This document shows positions 48,046 through 55,923 of a stretch of DNA of 64,000 bases, one piece after another. The stretch spans positions 352,001 through 416,000 of the forward strand of contig JAXCHI010000003.1 in NCBI GenBank assembly GCA_033977065.1. Direction: 5' to 3'. The position numbers were made by a program, and so were the translations under genes. Numbering within the stretch: position 1 is the stretch's first letter; each line of letters begins with the position of its first letter. This DNA comes from Candidatus Algichlamydia australiensis. GTDB lineage: Bacteria; Chlamydiota; Chlamydiia; Chlamydiales; JAJFMI01. The notes beneath the pieces are model-generated. The model did not search any database. It was not told the origin of the DNA and saw nothing but the letters and a program-made list of their open reading frames with translations.

Positions 48046-48507
48046 ATGGATAAAAAGATGACAACAGAAAAGCTTCTTGTTGAAGAGGTTGCGTCTGCAT
48101 CGCGGGAAGTGCGTTCGGCTACAAGGGGCTTACACATAGGTGATTTGATTAGAACCATTCGTAAACAGTTGGGTATGTCCCAACTGGTGTTAGCTAAACG
48201 TGCGGGAGTTCCTCAATCAACGATTTCCCGGATCGAAAGTGGAGAGAGAGATATGAATTTATCGACTCTTCAAAAAATTCTTTCAGCGATTTCTTGTGAT
48301 CTCATCTTGGCTCCTCTTCTTAAAAGTTCTATTGATGATATGCGTCGCAAGCGAGCAAGAAAAGTTGCGAAAAAACGCATGCAGTACCTTGAAGGTACGA
48401 TGAACTTAGAAGAGCAGCAACCTGATCCACGATTTATGGAAATGCTTTTGAAAGAAGAAGAAGAACATCTATTGCAAGGTCCTGGTTCAAAATTATGGGA
48501 AGAATAG
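48046..48507 (+). CDS. XRE HTH protein (mobile mystery protein A-like)
   Basis: IRTIRKQLGMSQ..LAKRAGVPQSTISRIESG, TMNLEEQ and C-terminal KLWEE. Confidence 0.85.
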   Translation: MDKKMTTEKLLVEEVASASREVRSATRGLHIGDLIRTIRKQLGMSQLVLAKRAGVPQSTISRIESGERDMNLSTLQKILSAISCDLILAPLLKSSIDDMRRKRARKVAKKRMQYLEGTMNLEEQQPDPRFMEMLLKEEEEHLLQGPGSKLWEE

Positions 48508-48514
48508 AAGGCGC

Positions 48515-49144
48515 ATGAAAAAGAAGTTTGCTTTTCCAAAGAATGCTACGCCTTTGAATGATTGTAGTGGCTTGATTCCAAATTGGATTCACACTTTAAA
48601 CGACCTGAATAGAGCTGAAGCAAACAATATTCTCCTTGCTCAAAGAAAATATTTGCGAGGTAAAATCAAACATCCAAAAATATGGTTTCACCCGAAAGAG
48701 TTGAAAAATATTCATAAAGCGATGTTTGGCTCTGTTTGGAGTTGGGCTGGCATATATAGAAAATCAGTCACTTCGATAGGGATAAAACCCAGCTTAATTG
48801 CATATAACTTAGCTAAATTTTGTTTAGAAGTATCTTCATGGTTTGAAGAGGATATTGAGCTTTCTATAATTGAAAAAACAGCGAGAGTGCACCACCAGCT
48901 TGTTTTTATTCATCCATTTGAAAATGGAAATGGTCGCTTCTCGCGTTTTATCGCCGATCGTTTTCTGCTTTCTTTCCAAGGCGCTTATCCGATTTGGCCT
49001 AGATATTTAAATCAGGATTCTGAAGATCGAAAAGAGTATATTCGAGCTCTACAGGAAGCAGATCAGGGAGTTTATACGCTTTTGATCAATTTCATGAAAA
49101 AACATGGAGCGTGTGAACCAAATACAAAATCAATCGTGGGGTGA
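48515..49144 (+). CDS. Fic-domain protein (mobile mystery protein B-like)
   Basis: HPFENGNGRFSR Fic motif; ATPL, LNRAEANNI and W.WAG.YR. Confidence 0.9.
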   Translation: MKKKFAFPKNATPLNDCSGLIPNWIHTLNDLNRAEANNILLAQRKYLRGKIKHPKIWFHPKELKNIHKAMFGSVWSWAGIYRKSVTSIGIKPSLIAYNLAKFCLEVSSWFEEDIELSIIEKTARVHHQLVFIHPFENGNGRFSRFIADRFLLSFQGAYPIWPRYLNQDSEDRKEYIRALQEADQGVYTLLINFMKKHGACEPNTKSIVG

Positions 49145-49230
49145 GGAGAGGAGGTTTTCAGTAGACTCTATCCAAAGCTTTACATTCTTTTTATTCTTTA
49201 ATACAATCCTCCTCAAAAAAGGAGGAGGCA

Positions 49231-50067
49231 ATGTTGCTCACAGCTATTTTATCCCTGGGAACGGCTTTTGTAAACTTACCTACTTTGACACCCGAAACAC
49301 TGCACGATAAAAATGCTGTTTTGGAGGTTGCGCGTGAGGGGGTTTTTTACTACCCCATCCCCGATGAGTGGAGAGCTGATATTGAGAAGGCATTACTATT
49401 CTGTTACCGCTTTCCTCAAGATTCTGAATTGAAAAACTTTTCTGATGGTCATTTTGGTGGTTACCACAACCGTGAAAACTACCAAGTTGAGTCCTTTTAT
49501 GTCGAAAAAAAAGAGTGGAATAAAGTCCTTCCTTTTTCAATTGTTCGTCTTGCGAACCATATGGATTTTTTGGCAAAAACAATCTTGAAAAATGTTTTAG
49601 AGTTTGCCGATTTTCCTAAGCCATTTTGGCATAAGGGAACAGGAAATGTTTCCAATTGTGGTGGACAAAATCACTTTTCTTTCAATCATTACTGTAGTGA
49701 AGTTCAAGCCACTGGAATGAACGCACATCGCGATTTTGGTTATGTGAGCATCTTGTTTTTTGATCAGAATGGCCCAGAAGTTTTTTACAAGAATGAGTGG
49801 AAAGAAGTGGCGCCGAAGAATGGGTATTTCGTCATATTTTTGGGCCGCGCCCTTGAAACGTTGGTTAATGATGATCAAGTGGTAAGAGGGGTTTGGCATC
49901 GCGTTCCACAAGTAGCAAAGGAGAGGGGCTCAGTTCTCTTCACCTGCGACAATGATCGCGACTCTTCTGTTTATCAACTAAATCGAAAAAAAGAATCTCT
50001 AGAAGTGATTCACTCGAACTATCAAGAGTATTTAAAAGAGTGTTTTGCCGAAGTGCATGTCGAATAG
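49231..50067 (+). CDS. 2-oxoglutarate/Fe(II) dioxygenase (IPNS-like)
   Basis: HRD and WHRV facial triad, then R.S; GGAGG RBS. Confidence 0.82.
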   Translation: MLLTAILSLGTAFVNLPTLTPETLHDKNAVLEVAREGVFYYPIPDEWRADIEKALLFCYRFPQDSELKNFSDGHFGGYHNRENYQVESFYVEKKEWNKVLPFSIVRLANHMDFLAKTILKNVLEFADFPKPFWHKGTGNVSNCGGQNHFSFNHYCSEVQATGMNAHRDFGYVSILFFDQNGPEVFYKNEWKEVAPKNGYFVIFLGRALETLVNDDQVVRGVWHRVPQVAKERGSVLFTCDNDRDSSVYQLNRKKESLEVIHSNYQEYLKECFAEVHVE

Positions 50068-50126
50068 AGCTCTACAGCGATGGTGAGCTGGATTTTCGCA
50101 TTTAGTCTTTCAGCGGATCCCATGGC

Positions 50127-51455
50127 TCAAGACCTTCTGTTAAGGGAGCAATTTTGGCATAGAGATCGGAGTTTTTCTATTAGGTAAATTGGACAATTAA
50201 GAATATTCCCATCTTTTTTTAAATTCATGGGAGAGCAGCGAATGAGCATTTGAGGGTGGTACTTAACTTCATAGACTTTAAGACTCTTTTTTTTCGACGA
50301 ACTTCCAGATTTCACTTCTAAAGGATAAATTTTGTCGTCATCTTCTAATATAAAGTCAATTTCTGCTTTCCCGGCGCTTGTCCAGTAATAGAGTTGATAA
50401 TGATTATGAGTTAACTCTTGTGCGATATAGTTTTCAGTGATTGCTCCCTTAAATTCTTGAAAAAGGTTGTTCTCATGAAGGATTACTTTTGGTGATAGGT
50501 TGGTCATTGCTCCTAGGAGGCCTACATCCACAAGGTAGATCTTAAAGGCATTCATATCTGCGTAAGCTGAAAGAGGATTTTTGGGAGCGCTGATGAGCCG
50601 AACTTTATGAATGAGGCCAGCTTCAATCAACCACTGCAAAGCTACTTCAAATTCTTTAGCTCGTGCTCCTTTCCGAATAGCGGAATAGATGAATTTTTTG
50701 TTTTCTTTAGCTAATTGGTTTGGAATAGAGTCCCACGCTTGATTAATTCGCATAATATGCTCGTCTGGAGCATGTTTTGCAAAATCTAGTTTGTATGCGT
50801 TTAAAATTGCATGGTGAATTTCTCGAACTTTTAAGATGTTTTGCGATGAAATGTATTCGAAAACAGCTTCGGGCATTCCTCCTACAAACAGATACTCTTT
50901 AAAATATTGCAATAGTTTTTCGTGCAAATTAGGAGGGAGGGGATCTACATTTTTTAATTCTTCAATGAACTTTTTTAATTTAAGCTCGTTTAAAGCTTCA
51001 AGAAATTCTAGGAAACAGAGAGGGTAGAGGGTTAAGAACTCTACCTTCCCAACAGGGAAGCCTTTGGTATGTGCTAATGTTACTCCTAATAAAGATCCAG
51101 CGGCTACAATATGATGTTCAGATGCAGACTCACAGAAATATTTGAGACTATTTAATGCGTTGGGACACTCTTGTATTTCGTCAAAAATAATTAGAGTTTT
51201 ACCTGCAACGACTTCAGTATCCATCTCAATGGATAACGCTTTTATGATTTTCTCCGGGCTGAGACCTGCATCGAAAAGTTTACAAAGTGAAGGGGTGTCT
51301 TCAAAATTGAGGTAAACCGTGCTGTCATACTCGCTCTGGCCAAACTTTTTTAGTACAAAAGTTTTTCCTACCTGCCTCGCTCCCATGAGAAGCAGGGGTT
51401 TCTTGTCGGCTCTTGACTTCCAAGAGTGTAATTTTCTCATTATTTTACGCTTCAT
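50127..51455 (-). CDS. AAA ATPase with DUF4143 / C-terminal PD-(D/E)XK-like domain, paralogue 2
   Basis: GARQVGKT, IFDEIQECP, GGMPE, ENYIAQEL and EIDF...PLEVKSG motifs. ATG at 51455. Confidence 0.9.
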   Translation of the reverse strand: MKRKIMRKLHSWKSRADKKPLLLMGARQVGKTFVLKKFGQSEYDSTVYLNFEDTPSLCKLFDAGLSPEKIIKALSIEMDTEVVAGKTLIIFDEIQECPNALNSLKYFCESASEHHIVAAGSLLGVTLAHTKGFPVGKVEFLTLYPLCFLEFLEALNELKLKKFIEELKNVDPLPPNLHEKLLQYFKEYLFVGGMPEAVFEYISSQNILKVREIHHAILNAYKLDFAKHAPDEHIMRINQAWDSIPNQLAKENKKFIYSAIRKGARAKEFEVALQWLIEAGLIHKVRLISAPKNPLSAYADMNAFKIYLVDVGLLGAMTNLSPKVILHENNLFQEFKGAITENYIAQELTHNHYQLYYWTSAGKAEIDFILEDDDKIYPLEVKSGSSSKKKSLKVYEVKYHPQMLIRCSPMNLKKDGNILNCPIYLIEKLRSLCQNCSLNRRS

Positions 51456-51477
51456 AAATTTATAATACCTAATTTTT

Positions 51478-51565
51478 ACATTTATTGGTTCCAAAAAGTG
51501 TAAAAATTTACACTTATTTGTTCCAAAAAATGCAATTATCGACACTTTTTGGAACCAATAAATGT
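51478..51565. promoter_or_regulatory. Three 24-bp repeats at 32-bp spacing upstream of the ATPase gene
   Basis: ACATTTATTGGTTCCAAAAAGTGT (51478), a 20/24 direct copy (51510) and an exact inverted copy (51542). Confidence 0.7.
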
Positions 51566-51612
51566 GAAATAAATTCTAAAAATCTGAATTAGAATGATTT
51601 AAAGAATATGGT

Positions 51613-52326
51613 TCAATCACGAGGATGATGGAGTAGATCTTCGGCAAGCTCTATTTGAATTTTTTGAATCTCCATCAGACGCTCCCACTGCTTTTTCGTA
51701 AAAAGATCCATTTTGGCATGTAACTGGCGGATTTCAAGCTCTGTTTTGAGGTTGGTGCGGTAGTCGTCATTGTCTCGCAGATGATCTTTGGTTGCCTGCC
51801 TGTTCTGGCTCATCATAATCACGGGGGCTTGGATGGCAGCTAGACAGGAGAGAAAGAGGTTCAGGAGGATGTAGGGATAGGGATCGAAGGCGCGATGCAA
51901 CAGGATATAGGAGTTAATTCCCATCCAGACGAGAAGGAGAGAGAAGAAACAGACGATAAAGGTCCAGCTCCCGCCAAATTTAGCAACGCGATCTGCTAAG
52001 CGTTCGCCAAAAGTAGCACCTGTTTCGAACTTTTTGCTTATATCTTCTGTAAGGAGATCGTGTTGCTCGATACTTTCAAGCACCTCTTGATCAAGCTCTG
52101 ATAGTTGACCGCGCTCTTCTTCTAGTAAATTTTCAATGTGGTCTGAGCGAGCCTTTCGCAGATCGACAGGGCAGATGTAGCCATTGTCGCAATTATTATG
52201 GTTTTTTCTGAGAAACTCAAAAAAAGAGGGGCGCATCAGTGCTGTTGGAAAAAGATGCTTTTTAGAAAACTCCTTCCCACAAACAAGACAACACTGTTTT
52301 CCATTACCATTCGAAGGAGTAGTCAT
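51613..52326 (-). CDS. DUF1003 membrane protein
   Basis: FGGSWTF and FDPYPYILLNL.LS..AA.QAP.IMMSQNRQ motifs. Confidence 0.9.
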   Translation of the reverse strand: MTTPSNGNGKQCCLVCGKEFSKKHLFPTALMRPSFFEFLRKNHNNCDNGYICPVDLRKARSDHIENLLEEERGQLSELDQEVLESIEQHDLLTEDISKKFETGATFGERLADRVAKFGGSWTFIVCFFSLLLVWMGINSYILLHRAFDPYPYILLNLFLSCLAAIQAPVIMMSQNRQATKDHLRDNDDYRTNLKTELEIRQLHAKMDLFTKKQWERLMEIQKIQIELAEDLLHHPRD

Positions 52327-52338
52327 AGTTAAGAAAAA

Positions 52339-52360
52339 GGGGTAGCCAAAGGGCTACCCC
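52339..52360 (-). terminator. Rho-independent terminator after the DUF378 gene
   Basis: GGGGTAGCC-aaag-GGCTACCCC, followed by a T run on the minus strand. Confidence 0.75.
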
Positions 52361-52377
52361 TCTATAATTCAAGATGG

Positions 52378-52584
52378 TTATTTTTTACCTGTACGTGAGG
52401 TAATCGCTTTGTAACCAACAATTGTGTAAAGAGCAGCGAAACCGATCAATACATAAATCACTCGGAACAACCAAGCTCTGCAGATAAAGTATTCAACGAA
52501 GTTAAAATCGAAGAATCCAACTAAGCCCCAATTCAATCCACCAATGATGAGAAGAATAGCAGCAAGACAATCTAGTTTTTTCAT
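52378..52584 (-). CDS. DUF378 small membrane protein
   Basis: LIIGGLNWGLVG.F.FN and R.IY.L.G motifs. Confidence 0.9.
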   Translation of the reverse strand: MKKLDCLAAILLIIGGLNWGLVGFFDFNFVEYFICRAWLFRVIYVLIGFAALYTIVGYKAITSRTGKK

Positions 52585-52782
52585 TTTTTTACTCCCAAAA
52601 AAGAATTAATTTTTCTCTTCAATTCCATATATCTCATATAATAATTATTTTATCAAATAAATTATACAAACTAACTTCATAAAAAAAGTCTCAACCTGTT
52701 TAAATTAAATATTTAACATTTAATTATATTTATTATTCTGCTAAAATGATTAAGAATAATTTAAGAAGAGCAGAAAGATCTT

Positions 52783-54231
52783 ATGGTTGAAAGTGTAAAC
52801 GGTTTAGGTTCAGGAGTTACTCCAACAGGAAACTCTCCTCAAGTAACAAGACATCCAATTCAAAGAGGAATTTCGGAAACTCCAGACCAAATGGAGCGAG
52901 CAGGAGGTACTCTACCTCCAACTTTTACCACTAAAGTGAAAGATGTGCTTCTCTTTTTCCCAAGATTGTTGAATTTTACCGTTAGACTTCTATTTTACAT
53001 TCTAAAATGGGCAATTTTTCCCCACAGACCACAGCCAGCTCCAGCTCGAAAAGACCCTCCACAACAAGTTCCTCAACCGCAAGCTCCCATACAACCTGTC
53101 CCAGTAGAAGATCCCGGAACCCGTCAGAGAACTCGTTTAGAAGGTTTTTTAGGGGAAAGGGATTTAAATGCAGAGCAATTAGCAAATCTTGATAATGTAA
53201 GGGCAGCGATTGGTATCACAATTTTTACTGACGAAGATCTTGATGGATGCCTAGCTGCAATTGTGACTCCTGAGCCACAACAAATTCCTCAAAATGATCC
53301 GGTAGCAGATGGCCTTATTGCACCACTAGAAAACATGCTGGCAGAACAGACAAGAGGTAGGGTGTTAACAGAGAGGCAACAAGAGGCAATAAATGCTTTA
53401 CGAGATCGATTTGGTAGAGATATTTTTTCTTGGCAAGATCTTCAGCCACTTCTAAATGCAATTTTGGCTGGAGGTGAACAACGTGTGGAAGAAATTCCTC
53501 AAGAAGTGCGGCAAAGGAGTGATGAGCAACGACAGCGTGGAGAAAGGTATGATGCGTTGATTGCTGAGTTGTCTCCAGAGGTAAGAGAGTATAATAAAGA
53601 GTATGTTGAAACTACAAAAAATCAATTTGTATCAGGACTAAATAGGGATGAAGGTGACTGGGAGGCTCTTCCGGGTGAACTTATAAGTAGATATGAGGAA
53701 CATCAGAATGAGCAAGCTGCAGCTGCTCTTCTAAGTCAGTTTGATGAGATAGTTGAAGAACAATTAACTCGTGAAGAAATTATTGCGAAATCACAAGTGA
53801 TCGAAGCTACTAAAGAAGGTGTACAAAAGGGCACCGTGGACAGAGAGAGGTTGAATCAAGTTCTTAGTGAAATTAAAAAAGCTTCACAGCAAGCTCAAGA
53901 GGAGCAAAGAGCTGCTCAGCTTGCTGCTCTTGAGGAGCAATTAACGGAGTTTAAGCAAAAGAGCACCAAGGACCTAAAGACTTTTGTTAGAAATGCTAAC
54001 CTTCTAGATAGAAAAGCGATTAGAGCTGTTCCAAGTGGTATTCAAACTTTTATTGCAAAATGCGCGAAGCTAGTTTTAGCAATGCCAACTGAAGTTGTGT
54101 ATGAAACAGATGAAATCAGAATTACATTTGAATCATTACCAGATGAGCTTCCTGATTTCAACGTTCGAGAACTTGAGATGAAACGTGACGGTAACACTTT
54201 AACCATTAGAAAAGTTCCAACAGTAGTATAA
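52783..54231 (+). CDS. Hypothetical 482-aa protein, candidate type III effector
   Basis: S/G/P/T-rich N-terminus without a signal peptide, one hydrophobic patch, a P/Q-rich linker, an internal repeat and a coiled coil. Confidence 0.65.
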   Translation: MVESVNGLGSGVTPTGNSPQVTRHPIQRGISETPDQMERAGGTLPPTFTTKVKDVLLFFPRLLNFTVRLLFYILKWAIFPHRPQPAPARKDPPQQVPQPQAPIQPVPVEDPGTRQRTRLEGFLGERDLNAEQLANLDNVRAAIGITIFTDEDLDGCLAAIVTPEPQQIPQNDPVADGLIAPLENMLAEQTRGRVLTERQQEAINALRDRFGRDIFSWQDLQPLLNAILAGGEQRVEEIPQEVRQRSDEQRQRGERYDALIAELSPEVREYNKEYVETTKNQFVSGLNRDEGDWEALPGELISRYEEHQNEQAAAALLSQFDEIVEEQLTREEIIAKSQVIEATKEGVQKGTVDRERLNQVLSEIKKASQQAQEEQRAAQLAALEEQLTEFKQKSTKDLKTFVRNANLLDRKAIRAVPSGIQTFIAKCAKLVLAMPTEVVYETDEIRITFESLPDELPDFNVRELEMKRDGNTLTIRKVPTVV

Positions 54232-54362
54232 CGTAAGTTGCTCCCCCTTCCCTCTCTGTAGAGACCCTTTGCGTTTTAGCTTTTTCTCTTGAAGGTAAAA
54301 TCTCTCCTTGCAATTTGATTCCCCCTTTTGGAAAAATGAGGTGAACCAAAAAGAGGATAAAA

Positions 54363-55124
54363 ATGAAAAAGTTTGCTCTGTTTTTTTGTATGCCGTTACT
54401 CATTATGGCTTATCCAGCAAAGTATGCTGATATTGCGGATGCAGAAGAGTGTATTTTTGTTCTATCAGAGCAGAAGTCGGGTGTAAACTGGCTGACAAGT
54501 TCTCTGCAGTTTCTGACAAGAAGGCCTATTTGCCCACCTAATTTTAATTATAAAGATGGGATGAACAATCGTTTGAAAGTCCTTCTTGATGAGAGAAAGC
54601 CTCCGTTTGTTCGTGTGCACTCTGCTAGAGCGATTGCCAAAACGGCCCCTGAAAAAAACAGTCTGATCTTAATTTATCGCGATTATAAAGAGAATACGAT
54701 ACGGATGAGGGGAGCGGAAAATTATAAGAAGGCTTTAAGCGAAGGAACTCTTTTTAATAATCAGGCAAAAAACTTGGCCTTCTTCGATCGATGGCCGGAA
54801 GAGAGACGCCACCTTGTCTACTATGAGGATCTCATTTTGTCTCCTAAAGAGACACTAGAAAAAGTCTTAGACTTTTTAGGTGAAGATCATGGAAGAGTGA
54901 AAAAGTTTATGAAAAATCTCTCTCAATATCAACAAATGTGTCTTGCCTCCTACGATAAGGCGACAAAAGGAAAAAAGTTTGGTCAGTCGCAGTCTAAAGG
55001 GGCAGATCTGCACTTTCATTCGAAAAAGGTCTCTAAGGAGCTGCTTTTGGAAGCGGATGAAATTTTTAAAGATAAGTACCCTTATCTTTGGGATAAATAC
55101 CTGTCTCACTACGAAACGGAATAA
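54363..55124 (+). CDS. Sulfotransferase-fold protein with signal peptide, paralogue 1
   Basis: LSEQKSGVNW (5'-PSB-like), IYRDYKE (3'-PB-like) and VYYEDLI..PKE. Confidence 0.7.
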   Translation: MKKFALFFCMPLLIMAYPAKYADIADAEECIFVLSEQKSGVNWLTSSLQFLTRRPICPPNFNYKDGMNNRLKVLLDERKPPFVRVHSARAIAKTAPEKNSLILIYRDYKENTIRMRGAENYKKALSEGTLFNNQAKNLAFFDRWPEERRHLVYYEDLILSPKETLEKVLDFLGEDHGRVKKFMKNLSQYQQMCLASYDKATKGKKFGQSQSKGADLHFHSKKVSKELLLEADEIFKDKYPYLWDKYLSHYETE

Positions 55125-55885
55125 TGAAAAGAATCTATTTTTTGCTTCTTCCGAGCATTCTTTTGTCATCCCCAATTAGGTTTGGGTCAGCAGAGGAAAT
55201 TGAGGGGTGTGACTTAGTTCTTTCAGAACCAAGATCAGGCGTGAACTGGCTGATGAGTTGTCTGCAATTTTTAACGAGAAAACCTCTCTGTCCCATCCAC
55301 TTTAGATATAGCCACCCCATGAATAACCGTTTGGGAGTAGATCTTGATGAGAAAAAACCTCCTTTTATTCGGAGTCACGAAATAAAAGTTTTTCTGCCTG
55401 TGTGCAAAGAGAAGAATCGACTGATTCTTGTTTTTAGAAACTACAAGGAGACAACTATTCGAGAGTGTGGCGATAGTGCTTCTCGGTTTAGCAGGGCAGT
55501 GCAACAAAAAAAGCTTTTCCACGAGCTCGCTGCAAAGCTCAATTTTTTTGATCGTTGGCCTGAGGAAAACCGACACCTTGTCTATTACGAGGATCTTCTT
55601 CTCAAACCAAAGGATGTACTGCAAAACTTGCTTGTTTTTCTAGAGGAAGAGGATTCTCTTTTAGAAGAATTTATAGAGAATATCCAAGAATACAAGCGGC
55701 AATGTTTATCTTCTTATGATAAACAGGTACCGGGTGGATCAAAGTCGATCTCAAAAGGAAAAAGTCTCGATTTCCACTCAAAAAAAGTTCCAAAAAAACT
55801 GCTTTATCAAGCAGATGGGCTTTTTCAAAGTCAGTACCCTTATCTATGGAAAAAATACTTGTCTCGCTACAAAGAAAGAGAGTAG
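55124..55885 (+). CDS. Sulfotransferase-fold protein with signal peptide, paralogue 2
   Basis: LSEPRSGVNW, VFRNYKE and VYYEDLL..PK motifs. Confidence 0.72.
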   Translation: MKRIYFLLLPSILLSSPIRFGSAEEIEGCDLVLSEPRSGVNWLMSCLQFLTRKPLCPIHFRYSHPMNNRLGVDLDEKKPPFIRSHEIKVFLPVCKEKNRLILVFRNYKETTIRECGDSASRFSRAVQQKKLFHELAAKLNFFDRWPEENRHLVYYEDLLLKPKDVLQNLLVFLEEEDSLLEEFIENIQEYKRQCLSSYDKQVPGGSKSISKGKSLDFHSKKVPKKLLYQADGLFQSQYPYLWKKYLSRYKERE

Positions 55886-55923
55886 TAGCGCAGCTCAAAA
55901 AAAATTGATTTGCAATTTGAGTT

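Noticed and set aside
51478..51565. Mini CRISPR array
   Set aside because: Spacers are only 8 bp, the third unit is inverted, and there are no cas genes.
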